From positions 1,612,001 through 1,676,000 of the forward strand of contig JAYWIR010000026.1 in NCBI GenBank assembly GCA_036172245.1: a stretch of DNA of 64,000 bases, given 5' to 3'. The notes beneath the pieces are model-generated. The model saw only the letters and a program-made list of their open reading frames with translations. It was not told where the DNA came from and did no database searches. This document shows, in pieces, positions 35,651 to 49,240 of the stretch (position 1 is its first letter; the number at the start of each line of letters is the position of its first letter). A program made the position numbers and the translations under genes. This DNA is from Raillietiella orientalis. Taxonomy: Eukaryota.

Positions 35651-38600
35651 AAAAGGATGTAGGAAAGAAGATTAAGAGCTCAGGAAGAGCGTCCCTTGAG
35701 GAAAATGAACAAGGAATGAAGAAGCCATAGTAAGGGAGCAGGTGCGGAGATGCTCTTCACAGGTGGAGGGCGGATCTCCTGATCTGCCTCCACCGATCGG
35801 CGTAGGGTCTGCGGAGGAAACGGCGGAGGTTGACCCTCGTTTTATTCTGCCTCCAGTCTCCATTTCGTGCCTATTCTCCCAGCACTGTCGCCTCCACCCT
35901 TGGCGGAGGAAGTAGGAGGAGAGCCTGCCTGACTACACCGCTTCCTTCCCCTACCCCACATTCCCGTCCCGACCTCCCCCTTCCGCACCACCAGGGTGAA
36001 CCCGCTGGCCTGCGAGAATCCGGAAGCGCTGGAGGCTATACGGCGCAGCCGATTTTCCTCCGGCCAGGAAGGCAGACTCCCCGCCTGCATGCCTTAGGAA
36101 GGAACGGGAAACTCACGTTCCAGGCAAAAACCCGCAGGCGCTTCCACCCCGATGGCGGAGGGAAGGTCCGAGGCGGGCAACGACCACGGGCAAGGATCGA
36201 GACAAGAACACAAAGTGGAGAACGAAAAATGGGGCCACTGCTAATCACCCATGAAATCATCCTTCATCTGGATGAACAATGGGTTTCCTGGGTCTTCGAC
36301 ACAGGGTGATCACGAAAAGTTCTCCAGTAACGGAGACAGAGGTCAGGAAGGAAGAACCGGAGGTGATCTGATCACTGGAGCGCTGCACATAAAAGCCACG
36401 TTTCATCTGCTTGGAGAAATACTCTCTCGCAGAGTCCCAGAGAAGAGGGCGCGCCCACCCGCCTGTACACGACTCCGCGCCCCCGCTGCCGTCTGGTCTT
36501 CCCCCTCGATGCCTTTCTGGAAATGCCTTCCCGAGGGAAAACCTCCGATTTCAGGAAGGCGGCGTCCGCCTTCGTTCTGCGGGATATTCTTCCTCCTCGC
36601 AGCTTCCTCGCTCTTTCTCCCCTCGTTTCCTCAAGGCTCCTGAGTCGCTACCAGCCCCCGCCAAGACGGCAGCAAAGAAGCGGAGTTCCATTTTGCGGCT
36701 TCCGGATCCCGAGAACGCAGAGGGAGAAGTCCTCTCGCTCAGGGAACGGGTGGATTCCGGGATAATGAGGGTTGTCTCCACCGAAAATTCCAGAAGAGTC
36801 GCTCCGAGCCCGCCGAGTGGAGCATTCGGGACGACTGGGCGGGGGAGAAGGAGGAAGAAGAGGGAAGAAGAGCTAATTTGCCCCGCAGGAACGCGGTTCC
36901 CGTGTTCTGGCAGCTCCTATCGAACCCTTTCGGGTTTCTGAAAAACCTGGATGAGTACTACGCACCAGATGAAGGATGTTCTCCCAATCCTCTCTCTTCC
37001 CTCCTCTTCCACTTACAGTGACAAGGAGCCGGACGAATTCCGTCTCGGGCCGGAAATACGAACCCAACAGACCCGCCCCTAGGCCATTTACATGTCACGC
37101 CACGTGGTGTCCCCGGACAGCTGCCGGCGTCCTGGACAGGAACAACGAGAACGGACAGTGGAGGAGGGTAAGGAGAGCAAATAAAAGCATGAGAAGAGAT
37201 CTCCCGTGAGTTTCTGCCGTGATCCCGGAGGCATTCGAGTAGGAGAAGGGGGGGGGTAAGAAGGTGAGATGAAGAGAGAAAAGCAGGCGGGACAGGGGGC
37301 GAGGAACCACGGGAGGACAGAAGCCGAACACGATTCGTGCGGCAGTTTCCCACCCCTCCCACCTCCACGTCCCAGAAGAATTTTCCTCACTTCTCTTCCG
37401 AGGCTCAGGCACGCGCGCACTCCTGAAAACTTCCCTTTGCACCTTACCTTCTCCCTCTTCCCGTTCCTCTTGCTGGACTGAGGACGGCACCGAGGAGCGA
37501 AGGTGATCCCTCCAGGCGCGCAGGAGGCGGAGGCGGCATCTCCAAGGAAGTCGACTTTGGGAAGCAAGAAACGCGTTCCGGAGGGGAAGGGCAATCCAAA
37601 GACCCTCTCCTGGCGCTCCGCGGAAACCTCCAGCCTTAGAGCAATCGGCCCTTAAGGCGAAGCCTCCCGAAATGTACTCCCGACCGAATTGCGGATCAGC
37701 CGGAAGCTTTGGTCAATCGAGGAGACTCAGCAGGAGCAACCAAAGAGCCAAGGCATAGGGGCCTCCTTGTGTATTGGCTTTTGGATTTCACCGTTCCCAA
37801 GGGAACGTCCCTGGCCGGTCGTGCAGGAGCGAGCAGGAAGGACAGGAAGGTGAGCCCAGCGGCAAGCGGAACAAGAGCCGCGCTGCTGCCACTCCCCTCC
37901 GGAAGGTCAGTGAGTGGTTTTGGAGATGAAAACGGTGGTCAAGGAAGGCACCGTGCAAGAAGGATTGCCTTCCCGCGGCCTTTCTCCTTTTTTCCTTCTT
38001 TCCTCTTCTCTCTTCCCGCAACGGAGGCGGGGAGTTCCTGCTCCAGACCTCTGTCGGGAACGGATCTTTTCTGGGCCTTCGATCATCTGATGGGATGGGC
38101 CGCGCGCAGTGGCGCCAGCTGGAGCCATTGTCCTCCCTCTCCCTCGAAGGGAGCGTAGGGGCAAAGGTTCCCCTTTTACTCACGCGCACGCACACAGACC
38201 GCCTCTCTCTCCGGTCTCAGGCGCTCAGATCATTGGCGCATGTCCAGGCGGGAAGAAACTCGCGCCGTGTTCCTTGGTGTCTTCCCTCTCCGGCAGTTTG
38301 GCTCCGAGGCGGTGGCTGGCCGAATGCCCGCTGCCACGCCAGATTTTTTTTTTTTTTTTCCTCTCGGGATCGGCTTCGCCTAGCTTGAAAAGCTCACTTG
38401 CTGCCACATAACCCTTTCTATATGAGCTCAGCGAACGCCCGGTGACCTCGGAAACCTCCGTAGGACACGACCGGCCCAGGAGATCGAACGGAGAATTCTC
38501 TCGCGTCGGCTCGGAGCTTCCGCGCGATACCAGACGACGGGAGCCTTCCCGGCGAGCTCCTGGCCGGTGTCCTCCCTCGCAGCCCAAAGTGCCTCGGAAA

Positions 38601-39563
38601 GCGGAAGGAGCCCCTGGTACTTTCAGAAGAAAGCGTTCTCCCGCGTGCGGCCTTCGACATGGCGGAATATCCTTGCCCCGAGGGCCTCTGACAGAGCGAA
38701 GCTGGCGAGGAGCAGTCCGTTGCGCCGGTCATTTTCTTCGCGTCCTGGAAGATTCCCATTGCAGCCACCCAGGGTTCGCCGCAGCAGCAGTCCACCCCAC
38801 GCCCTTGTTGATCCTTTAGCCCTGATGAGTTCCGAGAAGAGGTGCTCACCGGTTTCGGCAGCATCCGGGGAAGAGCTCCAGGAAAGCTCCGGTCTGGCGT
38901 CATCCCTCTCTTCTTGAGCGCACGCGTGGAGGGGAAAGGGGGAGGAGAGCGAGCACGAGGAAGGATAACGAGCGTTCCGTGCGCCTTCCTATTCCCCGCT
39001 TCCGGCCGTCCTCGAAGACTGAAAATTCGAGAAAGCCTCCAGAGATGGAGTCCACCTCCGCCAGCTGCTGCTCGCCTCCCCGCAGTGGATCGAGGGGAGC
39101 CGCTGACTACGCTGACAAGCCGCTTTCTTTTCCATTCCTCTTAGACCGTTCCGGGAGAGCTGAAGAGCAAATCGCCTCTGACGACTTCAGCCGGAGAGAG
39201 AGTGGTGGTGGAAGACCAGCTCTGGCTGATGCCCCCCCGGACTCGCGCGCCTCTCCCAGACGCGCAGCAGTCCCGCATGACGTCTTCAGCGGGAACGTGA
39301 AATTTCCCTCTCCCCCTTTTTTTCCCGTCTTCCCCACTTCTCCTCCCGATGAGCTGCGCTTCAGCATCCACAAGTACACACGGGTTCTTTACACGCTCTT
39401 GCGTTCCCTGCCTTGTCTTTTGCGCGCACATCTGGTGAGTCCTCCGCACGAGGTCCGAGCGCTTGATTCACCGGGAGACCCTCTCGGACTGACCTCCTCC
39501 AGGGAGGTTCCTCCTAACTTCCGGTCCCATGCGTTCGCCGACTGGAACCTCCACGTTCATGAG

Positions 39564-42553
39564 CTACTGGCTCTCCTGCTGCTGCTGTTCCTCCTCCTCT
39601 TCTTCCTCCTCCCTCCTCGAGAAGAGGATCAGCTTAGAAGGTCTGCGGGCGGCGGTGGTCGTCGTCATCTCCGCCGCATGGCCGCCAGCGTTGAAGGGGG
39701 AGGCAGAATCGGAGCCCTCACGGGGGGTCGAAGGCGCGGTCGTGGTCCAGAAGGTGGGCTTCTCAGAGGCGGCGGTGGCTCCCTCCTGCAGTTTCCTCAG
39801 CCGCAGCTGGCGAAACTCCGCTCGCTCCCTCCGGTCGGATCCGAAGGCCGCCGAACCACGGGGGAGGTAGGGCTGGGCCGGGGCTCCGGAGGATCCCGGG
39901 GCGCGCCTCACCGAGGAGGAGGGAGTCCCGTAATACGCGCCCCCTCCTCCCCCTCCGCCGTCTCCCTCTGTGGGACTATAGTAGCCCGAAGAGGAGCTGT
40001 ACTGCTGCGGCGGCGGGTAGTAGGCCGGGGCCTGACTAGGGGGCGCGGCGCCATCGTACTGCTGGTAGCTGTAGCCTCCGGGATAGGCGCCGTCCTTCAT
40101 TGCCAAGGGGTACTCATAGCGATACTCGTCGTACCAGCCCGTGGGTGGCAGGTACCAGTACACTGGTCTCCTGCGCTTCTCCTTCTTGTCCTCCAGTTTC
40201 TTGCCGCTGCCCAGGAGCTCTGGGGAGAGACAACCCCGGGAGTCGCCCCGAACGTCCCTCCAGAGGCGCCATCTCACTCGTGACCGTGTAGTACACGCCG
40301 GCGGCAGCAAAGGCCGTCTGTAGAGCCTGGGGAGCCACCGACGCCAGCATCCCCCCCAGGGTCTTCAGACCGAGAGGCACCAGCTGCCTCTCCTCCGGGG
40401 ACAGACGCGTCCAGGATTCCTCCAGCTCCACCTGCAAGGGTAAGTCAGTCGTGGGGATACGTGCGAGAGAGGAGGGGCATGAGGAGGAGGAAGGTGTTGA
40501 CTATCGAGGCGCTCCGGAGGTGGGCGGGCGGGAGTGCCCGGGAAACGGCGGGGAGGAGGGCAGGCAAAATGATGACCGACCCCTTCGTCTCCTCCTACTC
40601 TTGACGAGGTCTCTTTGGCTCCACGGGGCCTTCCGAGCGAGCCCCGCTTTTCACGCGCCTACCCATTCACCCCCTCCCAAGACTTTCCCCTCGCAGCGTG
40701 CCGATTCGCAGGTCACCTTGACTTCGTGGGAGATTCTCGTACAGGCCCTTCAGGGGAGGAGACGGCTCAGGGAGAACGGAAATTCCGGTTACCTGAGCTC
40801 CCCTATTTCCCATTTCTCTTGGGCACCTTCCCCAGCGGTCTCGAAGAAGGAGAGGAACCCCTGATGCAGCGCGGTCCTTAGAGAGAACTCCCTGGGGGTT
40901 GGTGGGCAGGGACCTCGTTCAGGAGACCCGCGAAAGCCTTTCCATATCCACCCGAGGCGAGGAGGTGGAGCTGCGCGCCCTCCGGATGACCCAATGGAGG
41001 CGCCTCCGCGGACCGCGTGGGCTCCGGTGGGTCTGTCTGGGACAGACTGCAGTGGCGTGCGCGCGTTTCCCCCCCCCCCCTCCTCCCTTCCTTTCCATAG
41101 AGGAATAGCGGGGGAAGAGCAAGATCCGCTAGCGCATCTGTGAGAAGGAAGGAGAGTTCGACTCCCTTCTTCCAGGTCGGGCATTTGGATGTTCAGTAGC
41201 ATCGCCAATGATCCTGAAGGACGCGGTCAAAGTGGAGGAGCGACCTCTCGCAGTTCCTCCCGCAGCGCGGGCAGCGTCTTCCTGGAGAACACTTTTGACG
41301 TTCCTTTTACGCCCACCCTTCCGCATCCGAGGGGAGGGCTGGGACTACCCCTTTTCCAAGGTCCTCCATCTTGAGGGACGGGCTCCGCGGCCGCATGGCC
41401 CTGCACTTTCCTGGGAGACGAGCGCTCAGAGCGTGAGTGGCCAGAGTCTTGCTGTCCCCTGCTAAAAGAGGTGCAGCCACCCCCTCTTCTTGGACTCCTT
41501 CCCCCTTCCCCGTGAAGGACGAGGAGGCGCGATTCTGCGGACCGTCCCTTCCTGGAGCTCCCTCGAACAGGGAGTTCGTCATGACGACCGAGTCGGGGGT
41601 CCCGACAGGCTGCTCCGCGTTCTCTTCAGGAGCGCCTCGAGGGGACTTTCCCAATCCTGGGGTATGGCGAGAGCTGCTACGAAAGTGCTTTCTCAGGAAA
41701 GGAGGGGGGAATGGATTAGCCTCTGATCTCGTCACTCTCCGCGTCGCAGTCTTTCTGAAGGCGCGTCTCTCCCACACTCCTTCCCGAGATGAAGAGCAAG
41801 GAGTGGGAAAGGGTGAAGATGGAGAGCGACTCCCTCCTCTCGGTAGGGACTCCGCATGCTAAGCGAGGCGGGGTGACTCCAAAACGTGGTTCTCCCTGGC
41901 AGCGACTCCACTTCCAAGGGAACGACGCCGAGCTCTCCCTCCCCGTGAGCTTTCGAGAGGGGAATTTCTGAAAGGGGAGGTTTACCTTCCTCCCCTTTCA
42001 GAAGACAACGGAGCGGACGCATCCCGGAGTCGTCTCTCCTCGTCGAGACGCAGCCTCCGGACCAAAGAGGAATGCGCTCGCGGGCGAGCGCGTCGGAGCC
42101 TTGGAGCTGCCCGCGTTTTTCAGAGGATCGCAGGGGTGGGTCACCTTCTCTCCCTCCACCACCCCCTCTACCCATCCATCTCGAAAGGGGGTTCCGCGGG
42201 GCCTCCTTCTCTCGCTCCACCCCTACCCTACCCGTTCATCCCAAAAGAGGATTCCATCTCTTTTTAGAGAAGGTCTGGGAAAAGAGGTCACGGGTGGCAG
42301 TGTCCTTCGCATTCGCTTCCCCCTCCCCTCGCATCTCCGTTCGGCGCACAAAGCAGCGGGAAGGGACAGAGGAGGGGGGATCAAGCGAGGGGGCATTCCC
42401 GGTCACCTCTTCCAGCCTGCTTCCGGCGTCCAGCCGGGATCCGTTACCGCCTCCAGTCTCCAGGACCTCCGCCGCGCCGAGGAGCGGGCGCGGCGCCAGG
42501 TCAGCCGTCGCCAGGACCACCAGCACCTCCAGAAGCACGCGCCGGGTCTGCAT
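39564..42553 (-). CDS. Orphan secreted or membrane protein C (318 aa, Tyr/Gly/Pro-rich); exons 42553-42407, 40431-40278, 40219-39564
   Basis: Signal-like exon MQTRRVLLEVLVVLATADLA...LEE|GTGACC (phase 0). A ctgac branch point and ttgcag acceptor lead to VELEESWTRLSPEERQLVPLGLKTLGGMLASVAPQALQTAFAAAGVYYTVT. A|GTGAGA opens a phase-1, 58-nt intron. The last exon begins KLLGSGKKLEDKKEKRRRPVYWY and runs to an acidic end. Total 957 nt in frame, with G/C-ending codons and a TATA-like TATAT at 42644-42640. Confidence 0.7.
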
Positions 42554-45500
42554 CGAGGTGCGCGACACTTAGGACAGGACGAAGGGACACGGGGCGTGCA
42601 CGTTCGCCTTGAGAGGGAGCTCTCGAACGGACGCGGCTGATATACGCGCCCCGCGCCCGGTCCTTTCCCGGAACCGCCGCGCTTCCGCCCCGCACAGATG
42701 CGGATAAGAGCGCTCCCTGGAGAAAGTGCAGCCGCCGCTCTCGCTCGCGAGCTTCCGTTCCCGGTCTCAGGAGCGAGGGAAGGAGGAAGGCGGCGGCCGC
42801 CGCAGCAGCACGGTCCCCCTCCACCGCCGGAATTCGCGCGGAGAGCGCCCTCTGCCAGCAGGCGGACCCATCGGCAGAAAAGAATCGCTGGGAACGACTG
42901 GACATGGCCTGGCACTGTCGACAATATCGGCGCCCCAGGGAATCTCCCCCTTATCCCCTTTTTCGATTCCTCCTGTCCTCCCTCCCCTTTCCGAGCGAAG
43001 CGACCGCCGTCGGTTTTCGTTTCGTGACCCCCGAGGTGCCCCGGAAGTCTCTAACAGAAAAACGACCCGTTGGGCTCTCTTCCTGCTCGCCTCAGCCAGC
43101 TCTGTCTTTCTTTACTATGGGCGTGGCCGACGGCATCCTCCTCTCTGGTCTCTCTCGCTCTCCGTCTGAGAAGGGGCGCATGAGGTGGGTAGGGTGTCCT
43201 CGGCCACAGGGAAGCCGCAGCGTGGGGGCAAGCGTGCCTTCCGCGGGTTACTAAATAGTACCGCTCTGACCGGTAGTCTCCTGGCAATAGACGCTTTTCG
43301 GGGACCTTGTTTGGAGTGGCGCTACTCCTCCCCGAACGTGACTCCTCCTGGAAGGGTCTCTAAGGAAACACTTCCGAAGCGCTCCTTCGCAGAGGGCGCT
43401 CCCTGATCCGGGATCCCTCGCAAATTTACTCCCGGAATAGAAGAGGCGACCTACGGGCCGGTCTCAGTACCCTTGCTCCCCTCTCCCTCCTCCCCCCGCG
43501 CAGTGCCCTCGAAGGAGTCAGGGGAGGGGACGGAAGGGAATCCACGGCTACCCATTCCCTCCTGGGAAAGAGTCTTTAACCTCCCTGCAATGGGGCGCTA
43601 GAGCCGGAGAAGGGATGTTGGGAGAGTCGCTTTAGTCCCGAAACGAACGGCTGCCGAGGGAGAGGAATCGAGGAGGTCGGCGGAGCCCCTGAGGGGCTGT
43701 CCACCTCTTGATGAATCGACAGAGGTATCGAACGCGCTGGAACGCGCGGAGGTATTCAGGAAGCTTCCTTGATGTTCCTGCCCTCAATTCCTCCTCTACC
43801 TTCTTCCATCGAATCTCTCCTGGCTCGCCTCTCGGGGAACAGGAAAAGAGACGCCTCCTCAAGAACCAGGAAAGCCAGCTGTCCGTTCATGCAGAGCCCG
43901 CAGCAAGCAAGCTACCGGTGCAGAGCCCTTCTGGTTACCAGGGAAGACGGGGACAAAGGAGTGCGGTCTCCGAGCTGGGTCGGGGAAAGGGAGCCTTGGG
44001 TGAAGAGGCCGTCTCAGTGGCGGACGTGAGGGAAGTCCAAAGGCAAAGGAAAGCGGAGAGGGAGCCGAGGTTGTGGAGCATGCAGAAAGGTCCTGGTTTC
44101 CCTCCTTCCCTCTTGAGACTCTCAGAAGAAGGGAGGGGACTCGCATTCCGCTTTGGAGATCCTCTCTACTCTCTCCCTACACAAACGCATCTGCCCCGGC
44201 GTTCTGCCGCCCTCGCAGGAGCAGCGAGAGGGGAAAACCAGAAGCCAGGGGACCTCCCTTTGCTGAGAGGAGCAGGGAAGCCATGAAGATGTGGCGACGG
44301 CAAAACTTCCTCCCCTTCACTTTCCTCTTTTTCGTTGTCCTCCTACTCTTCTTCCTCTTCTTTTTCTTCTTAGTTCTCCTCCCTTTCTCCCTTCTTCCTC
44401 CTCCTCCTCCATCCATCTGTCCGATTCCCTGGATGTGTTGGAGCCGCTCTTCGAGGTCAACACCTGCCGACTGGCGCTCTCAGACTCCGTCATCTGCGAT
44501 TTGCAGGGCAGATGTGGACCGCGACCAACCCTATCTCTGCAGTCGCGTCCCACATTCAGAAGGCCCCACTTCCGACCGCTTTCACTGCCCCACAGCCATT
44601 TTTTTTTTCTGGCTGCCACCTTTCTCCCCGCTGGTCGGCCGAGGCGGGATGAGCCTGTCGGCTGCTTGGATACGGCGGATCTCTTCCGTGGGCGCGCGCG
44701 AGCGTGAGGGCTAGACTGTTTCGATCCGCAAGAATATGGGGGAAACTCCTGGTTGCTCAGTTCCCAGCGGGAGGGTACAAGACGGTTCCGAGTTGAAGCT
44801 CATCTATCCCGGGAGAAGCGGCTGCCCAGAAGTGCACATCCTGAGCTTCGGGCCGTGTTTTTTTTTTTTCTCTCTCTCTCTCTCTTTCACTCGCGACCCT
44901 TCCGAACCCGACCCCATCGTCGTTGATCCGCTCTGCCATTTCCGGTGGGCTGCCTTGCTGTGCCGCCTTCCAGGTCGAGGGAGGGAGGTCCGGGACGCTC
45001 CTCCGACGGAGAATTCCCGGTTGTCCTGGTTCCCTCGCTGCACAAGCGAGAGATTAGAGCACAGCAGCGTTCCGGAATTTCGGGGAACGATTCAGAGGGC
45101 GATGGTTCTCTCCCACCTCTCCCCTTCCCCCTAGTTTCTTCGCCCCCTTCCCCTTCGGTTAAGACCCCTTTCCAATCCATTCCATTTACCTTCACGGAAG
45201 GTGCGCCCCCTTTGGGGAGGGAGGGGCTCACTCTTGTGGCCGTTAGCGTCGCCTGCAGCTACTCCCACCCAGCAGTGAGCGTCCAGGACGGCACACCCCT
45301 GCCCCAAGCTCTGCGGCTAGCATGGCAGTGCATACAGGGATACCAGCTCTTCCGGTAGCCTTGAGAAGGGGAGGACCTCCTCACCCTTCCCCCGTCACCC
45401 ACCTCTCTTCACTTTGGAGACACCTGGCCGACCGCGAGCTGGTCTCTGCGTCGGGGAACGCGCCCACAGGCTGAAAAGGGCACGGCTGCCACAGACCCAG

Positions 45501-48500
45501 AAAGGCAACGGCGAAGGAGAACGCGGCCAGGAGTCGCGGAGAGCTCCGAGAGGCGCGCCGGGACGTGCAAGGAGTCCCTCGTGACGTCACTGCCGACCGC
45601 TCTCACCTGCCTGACTCGCTTCCGGTCAGATGGCGAGGCGCGAGACTACACACACACGTCTCGTAGGGCCTTCCGCGATTGGTAGCGCTTTGGCTGCTCG
45701 TGGCAAGACGCTGTCCGAGAGAGACACCCTCTTGCAGTGAAAGAAACTCCTTGGAGGGGTCTGAGCAGGAGGCGCTTCTCCGCTCCTTGTGGGCTGAGAG
45801 CCTCCGAACCAAGGATTTCAGGAATCTCCCCTTTCTTTCCCACCCCGAGGAGGAGCGGTTGGCCAGATCCTTGCATGTCCTCGAAGTCTCCCGAAACTCG
45901 GAGCACTCCTGCTCCCGACTTCCCTAGGGAGGGGAGTGAGAGAAGAAGGGACTTAGAAATAGCAGAGGAATCCTCCGGGGACGAACTGGAAAGGAGGATG
46001 CGGGAGATGTTTCCCCATCCTTGCGTTCCCCAAAAGCTCCTGAAAAGCCAGAGGACTTGTTCCCTGCTCTGGACAAGCGGCAAATTCCTACTGGGATGAA
46101 GGGATGGGCGAAGTCAAGGTAAACCCAGAGCATGCTCGAAGCGGGTCCGTGTCCGTTCCCGAAAAGAAAACCTGGAAGCGAGCGAAAGCCCAGCGAGGGT
46201 CCTGCCGAAGTGGCCAAGTCGAGGAGGGTCGGAGAGCGGGCGGGAGAGCCTTCACGCAAGGAAGTACGGGAATCTTCCAGGAAGGAGAGAGAGGAGGAAG
46301 TGAGAGGGAGGGACCGGTGAGAATTCAGCCGGCCCTTTCGAGCGAGGCCCAGAGTTCTCCGGACTGGGGCTGAAAGTCGAACGTCTTCTCTGAACCGGAA
46401 CGCTCACAGGTCCTCGAAAGTGCCTCGAGGGGGTGGGAGGTGCAGGGAACACTCCAGAAAATCAGGGACTCTATGGAACGCTGCCCGGAAGCCCCTATCC
46501 CTTCTCCCGTCAAGACGTTGGCACCAAACATCCTGGGGTGCCTCCTACAAGGGCGCGCAGGCATCGCTGAGGCAAGATATGGAGAAAGAGAGAAGGGAGA
46601 ACAGGGGTGATCTGGACCCTGGATAGGTAGGCTTCTTCCTCTCTGCCAGAGCGGGAGGTCGACTCTCCCGTTCGTTCGAAGTCGGCGAGTGCGCGAGCTG
46701 CCGGGAGCATCTCTCGGGAAGAAGAAAGTACAGATACGCATGACCGAGGGGAAGGGGAGGAAGGACTTCTCTCTCTTTTTGGAAAGGCCTCCGTGGAAGC
46801 GCTGGCAGCACACCATAGGCACCCAATCCCGCGTCCCGGAACACCTTCTTCCTGGGAGCGAAGTGAGGCAGAGAAAGAAGGAAGCGCCTTCCGACTCTGT
46901 TCTATGGAAGCTCTGGGAACCCCCACGAGGGTCGTTCGCAACTTCCGCAGAGAGGAACGGGCGGTGACAGCTGGTCGACCACGGAAGGCGCCCACCCGCG
47001 GTTTTCTCACGCTCACCCGCCCCCTCCCCTCCCCGCTGGAGGAAGCAGCCGATCTTCCCGGGTCCTCACGAGACAAGGGAGGAGGGATCTGAGGACTCCC
47101 AGGGTTAGGCCCTTTTTCCTCCAAATTGCTTCCGTCCCGGCGGCAGCGGAGACAGCGACCCGACCCGATGTCTCCAGTTTCTTGCCGGCGCAACCCCGCG
47201 GCATCCCGGGGAGAGGGATGGGGAATCACCGAGTTTCTTCTCGGTTCTGGGATGTCCTTAGTAACGGCTCTTAACGTCCCGCGTTGCCTCATCTCGAAAC
47301 GGAAGAAAGGCGAAGGATCCTCCCCCCTTCGGATGGGGGATTTGACCGTAGCACCTCCTTTCTTCAGCCTCTCCTCCTCCTTTCCACTTCTCCTCTTTCC
47401 TAGAGACGGTGGGGTCGCTCGTGCTGTTCCTGGGGGCAGCAGTCGTCTTCCTTGTTCCCCTCCCCCTTCCCTTTCCCTCAAAAAAAGAGGTAAGTGGAGA
47501 TGCCACAGAGTGCCTGAGAAGCACCTGACCTCCTCTTCCCTCTATGGCTAGGGTGAAACTGGCGTGTTGAGGATGTTCAAGCTCCGGAGGTGCTCTGCAA
47601 GAGCAGGACAGCATGGCATTGGTCGCCCGATCCCCGCCGAGCTCACCTGCGCCTCCTTTCTCCACTGGACTCCTGGAACGCCTGGCCAGCTCTCCTGGCA
47701 ATAAAGAGACCGCGATCCCCTCCTTCCAGGCTGCTGACCGGAACGTGGGAGCGAGAGTAAAGGAGGAGGAGCCTCCTCCGCACCGATCCCTCAGGAAGGT
47801 ACTCCCTGGCATCCCTCGTTTGAGGGGAACGCCGTCACCAGGCGACGCACATCTCGCAGCTGTCATTGCAAGCAAGTGGGGAAAACCGGGATCTTTCTCG
47901 CCTTTGCCTGTGCTCCCCCAGGCGCTCTCCTGGAAGAAATTCCGTTCTGAGGTCTCGAGGGGCTGAGAGAGTCCCCCATAGTCTGACCGATCGCCGTGCC
48001 AATGGCTGCGCCAAAGCGGCCCCGAGGCGTCGCTTGGGCAAAGAGAGCACCCTCGAAGCAGATCTCCCCCCACGCAATGGCCAGATCGTCCGGAAGGAAA
48101 GGGCTCTCTCTCCTGGCAATAGGAAGCCCCCACCATCCTCCTGCATCTTCAGCGCCCCGCGATCCGCGCGCCCACCCCCACTCTGATCGAGATGCGCGCT
48201 CAACGCACTGAAGCGCGTTCCCGCCATCTCCCACGCCTTCGGAAGCGCACCCCACGCCCCAGACGAGGATCGGAGGGAGAATCTTATGGGGTAATCACCG
48301 AGGAAGGACACTTCGTCGGTTATACTCACGCCGCCTAAGTCGCGCGCGCACTCGCGCGAACGAAGCGGCAGCAGCGGCCGAAGGGCGTTGCTAAGCGACT
48401 CCTCCCCTTCCCTTTCCCACAGCTCTGATCTCCCGTGACCGCGACGGCCCGCGTTCCCCGTGCGCTTGGCCGACGAGCAGAGGACACTCACACGCGAAAG

Positions 48501-49155
48501 CTGGGGTGGGAACTGTCGGACGGGAGGCTGCTGCTCTGTTCTCTCCCACGCCACCCTCAGGGCACGGGACGAAGCTGCCGGGGGCGCAAGCAAAACCCAT
48601 AGGGACGAGCCGCTGCTCCTTCCGGGTGGAACTGCATCCGCAAGAGAACAGAGCACGGATGCAGCCCCCACGCGGGGGAAAAAAAAAAAAACCGGACCTA
48701 GCAGGTGGAGTGGGATCACCCCAGAAGCTCGGACGCGGGCGCACCCTGTCGACATAGAGAGAGGTGAATGCCTACGAGGCACTGCACCATTGCGCGGGAG
48801 CACCGACCGGCTGCGGCGCACGGAAGGCGGGAGGACGCCAGCACAGACCTCGCAGTTTCCTGCCGCCGTGCGTGCAGGACGTTCCAAAGCCGAGTGGACC
48901 AGCAGGCCACTTTGAAGCAGCCCGGAGCTTCCTCTGCCGGCCCGACGGGGGCGCAGCGCGGCGTGCCACCGAATGGCCACTGCTGCGATTTCCACAGCCT
49001 TGGAGACTCGCGTAGCATTGCGGCACCGGAACGTCTTTTGAGCGCCGTGTCTTGGCACCTTGGAGTCATTCCAGCAGCGTCCACTAAGCGTCATCGAGAC
49101 ACGAGAGTCCTTGTACTGTCACGGAACCACCTGAGCGTCACTCGAGCGGCACGAA

Positions 49156-49240
49156 GACACTTGAGTGTCAGTTGAATGACACTGATAAGCCATTGTCGGT
49201 TGAATGGCTTATCAATCATGGATTAATGGGTCCATTATGA
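49156..49240. repeat. Cluster of adjacent stem-loops
   Basis: agtgtca/tgacact (49164-49183), perfect tgataagccatt/aatggcttatca (49183-49214), taatgg/ccatta (49224-49237). Confidence 0.8.

Noticed and set aside
38979..40283. 434-aa plus-strand ORF
   Set aside because: Antisense shadow of the GC-rich coding exons of gene C
45381..45590. Signal-peptide-like segment (RLLAAFSFAVAFLGLW) as a fourth secreted gene
   Set aside because: No in-frame ATG or convincing acceptor, and no phase-compatible downstream exon found
49000..49240. CRISPR-like array
   Set aside because: Units are degenerate and irregular, there are no cas genes, and the context is eukaryotic
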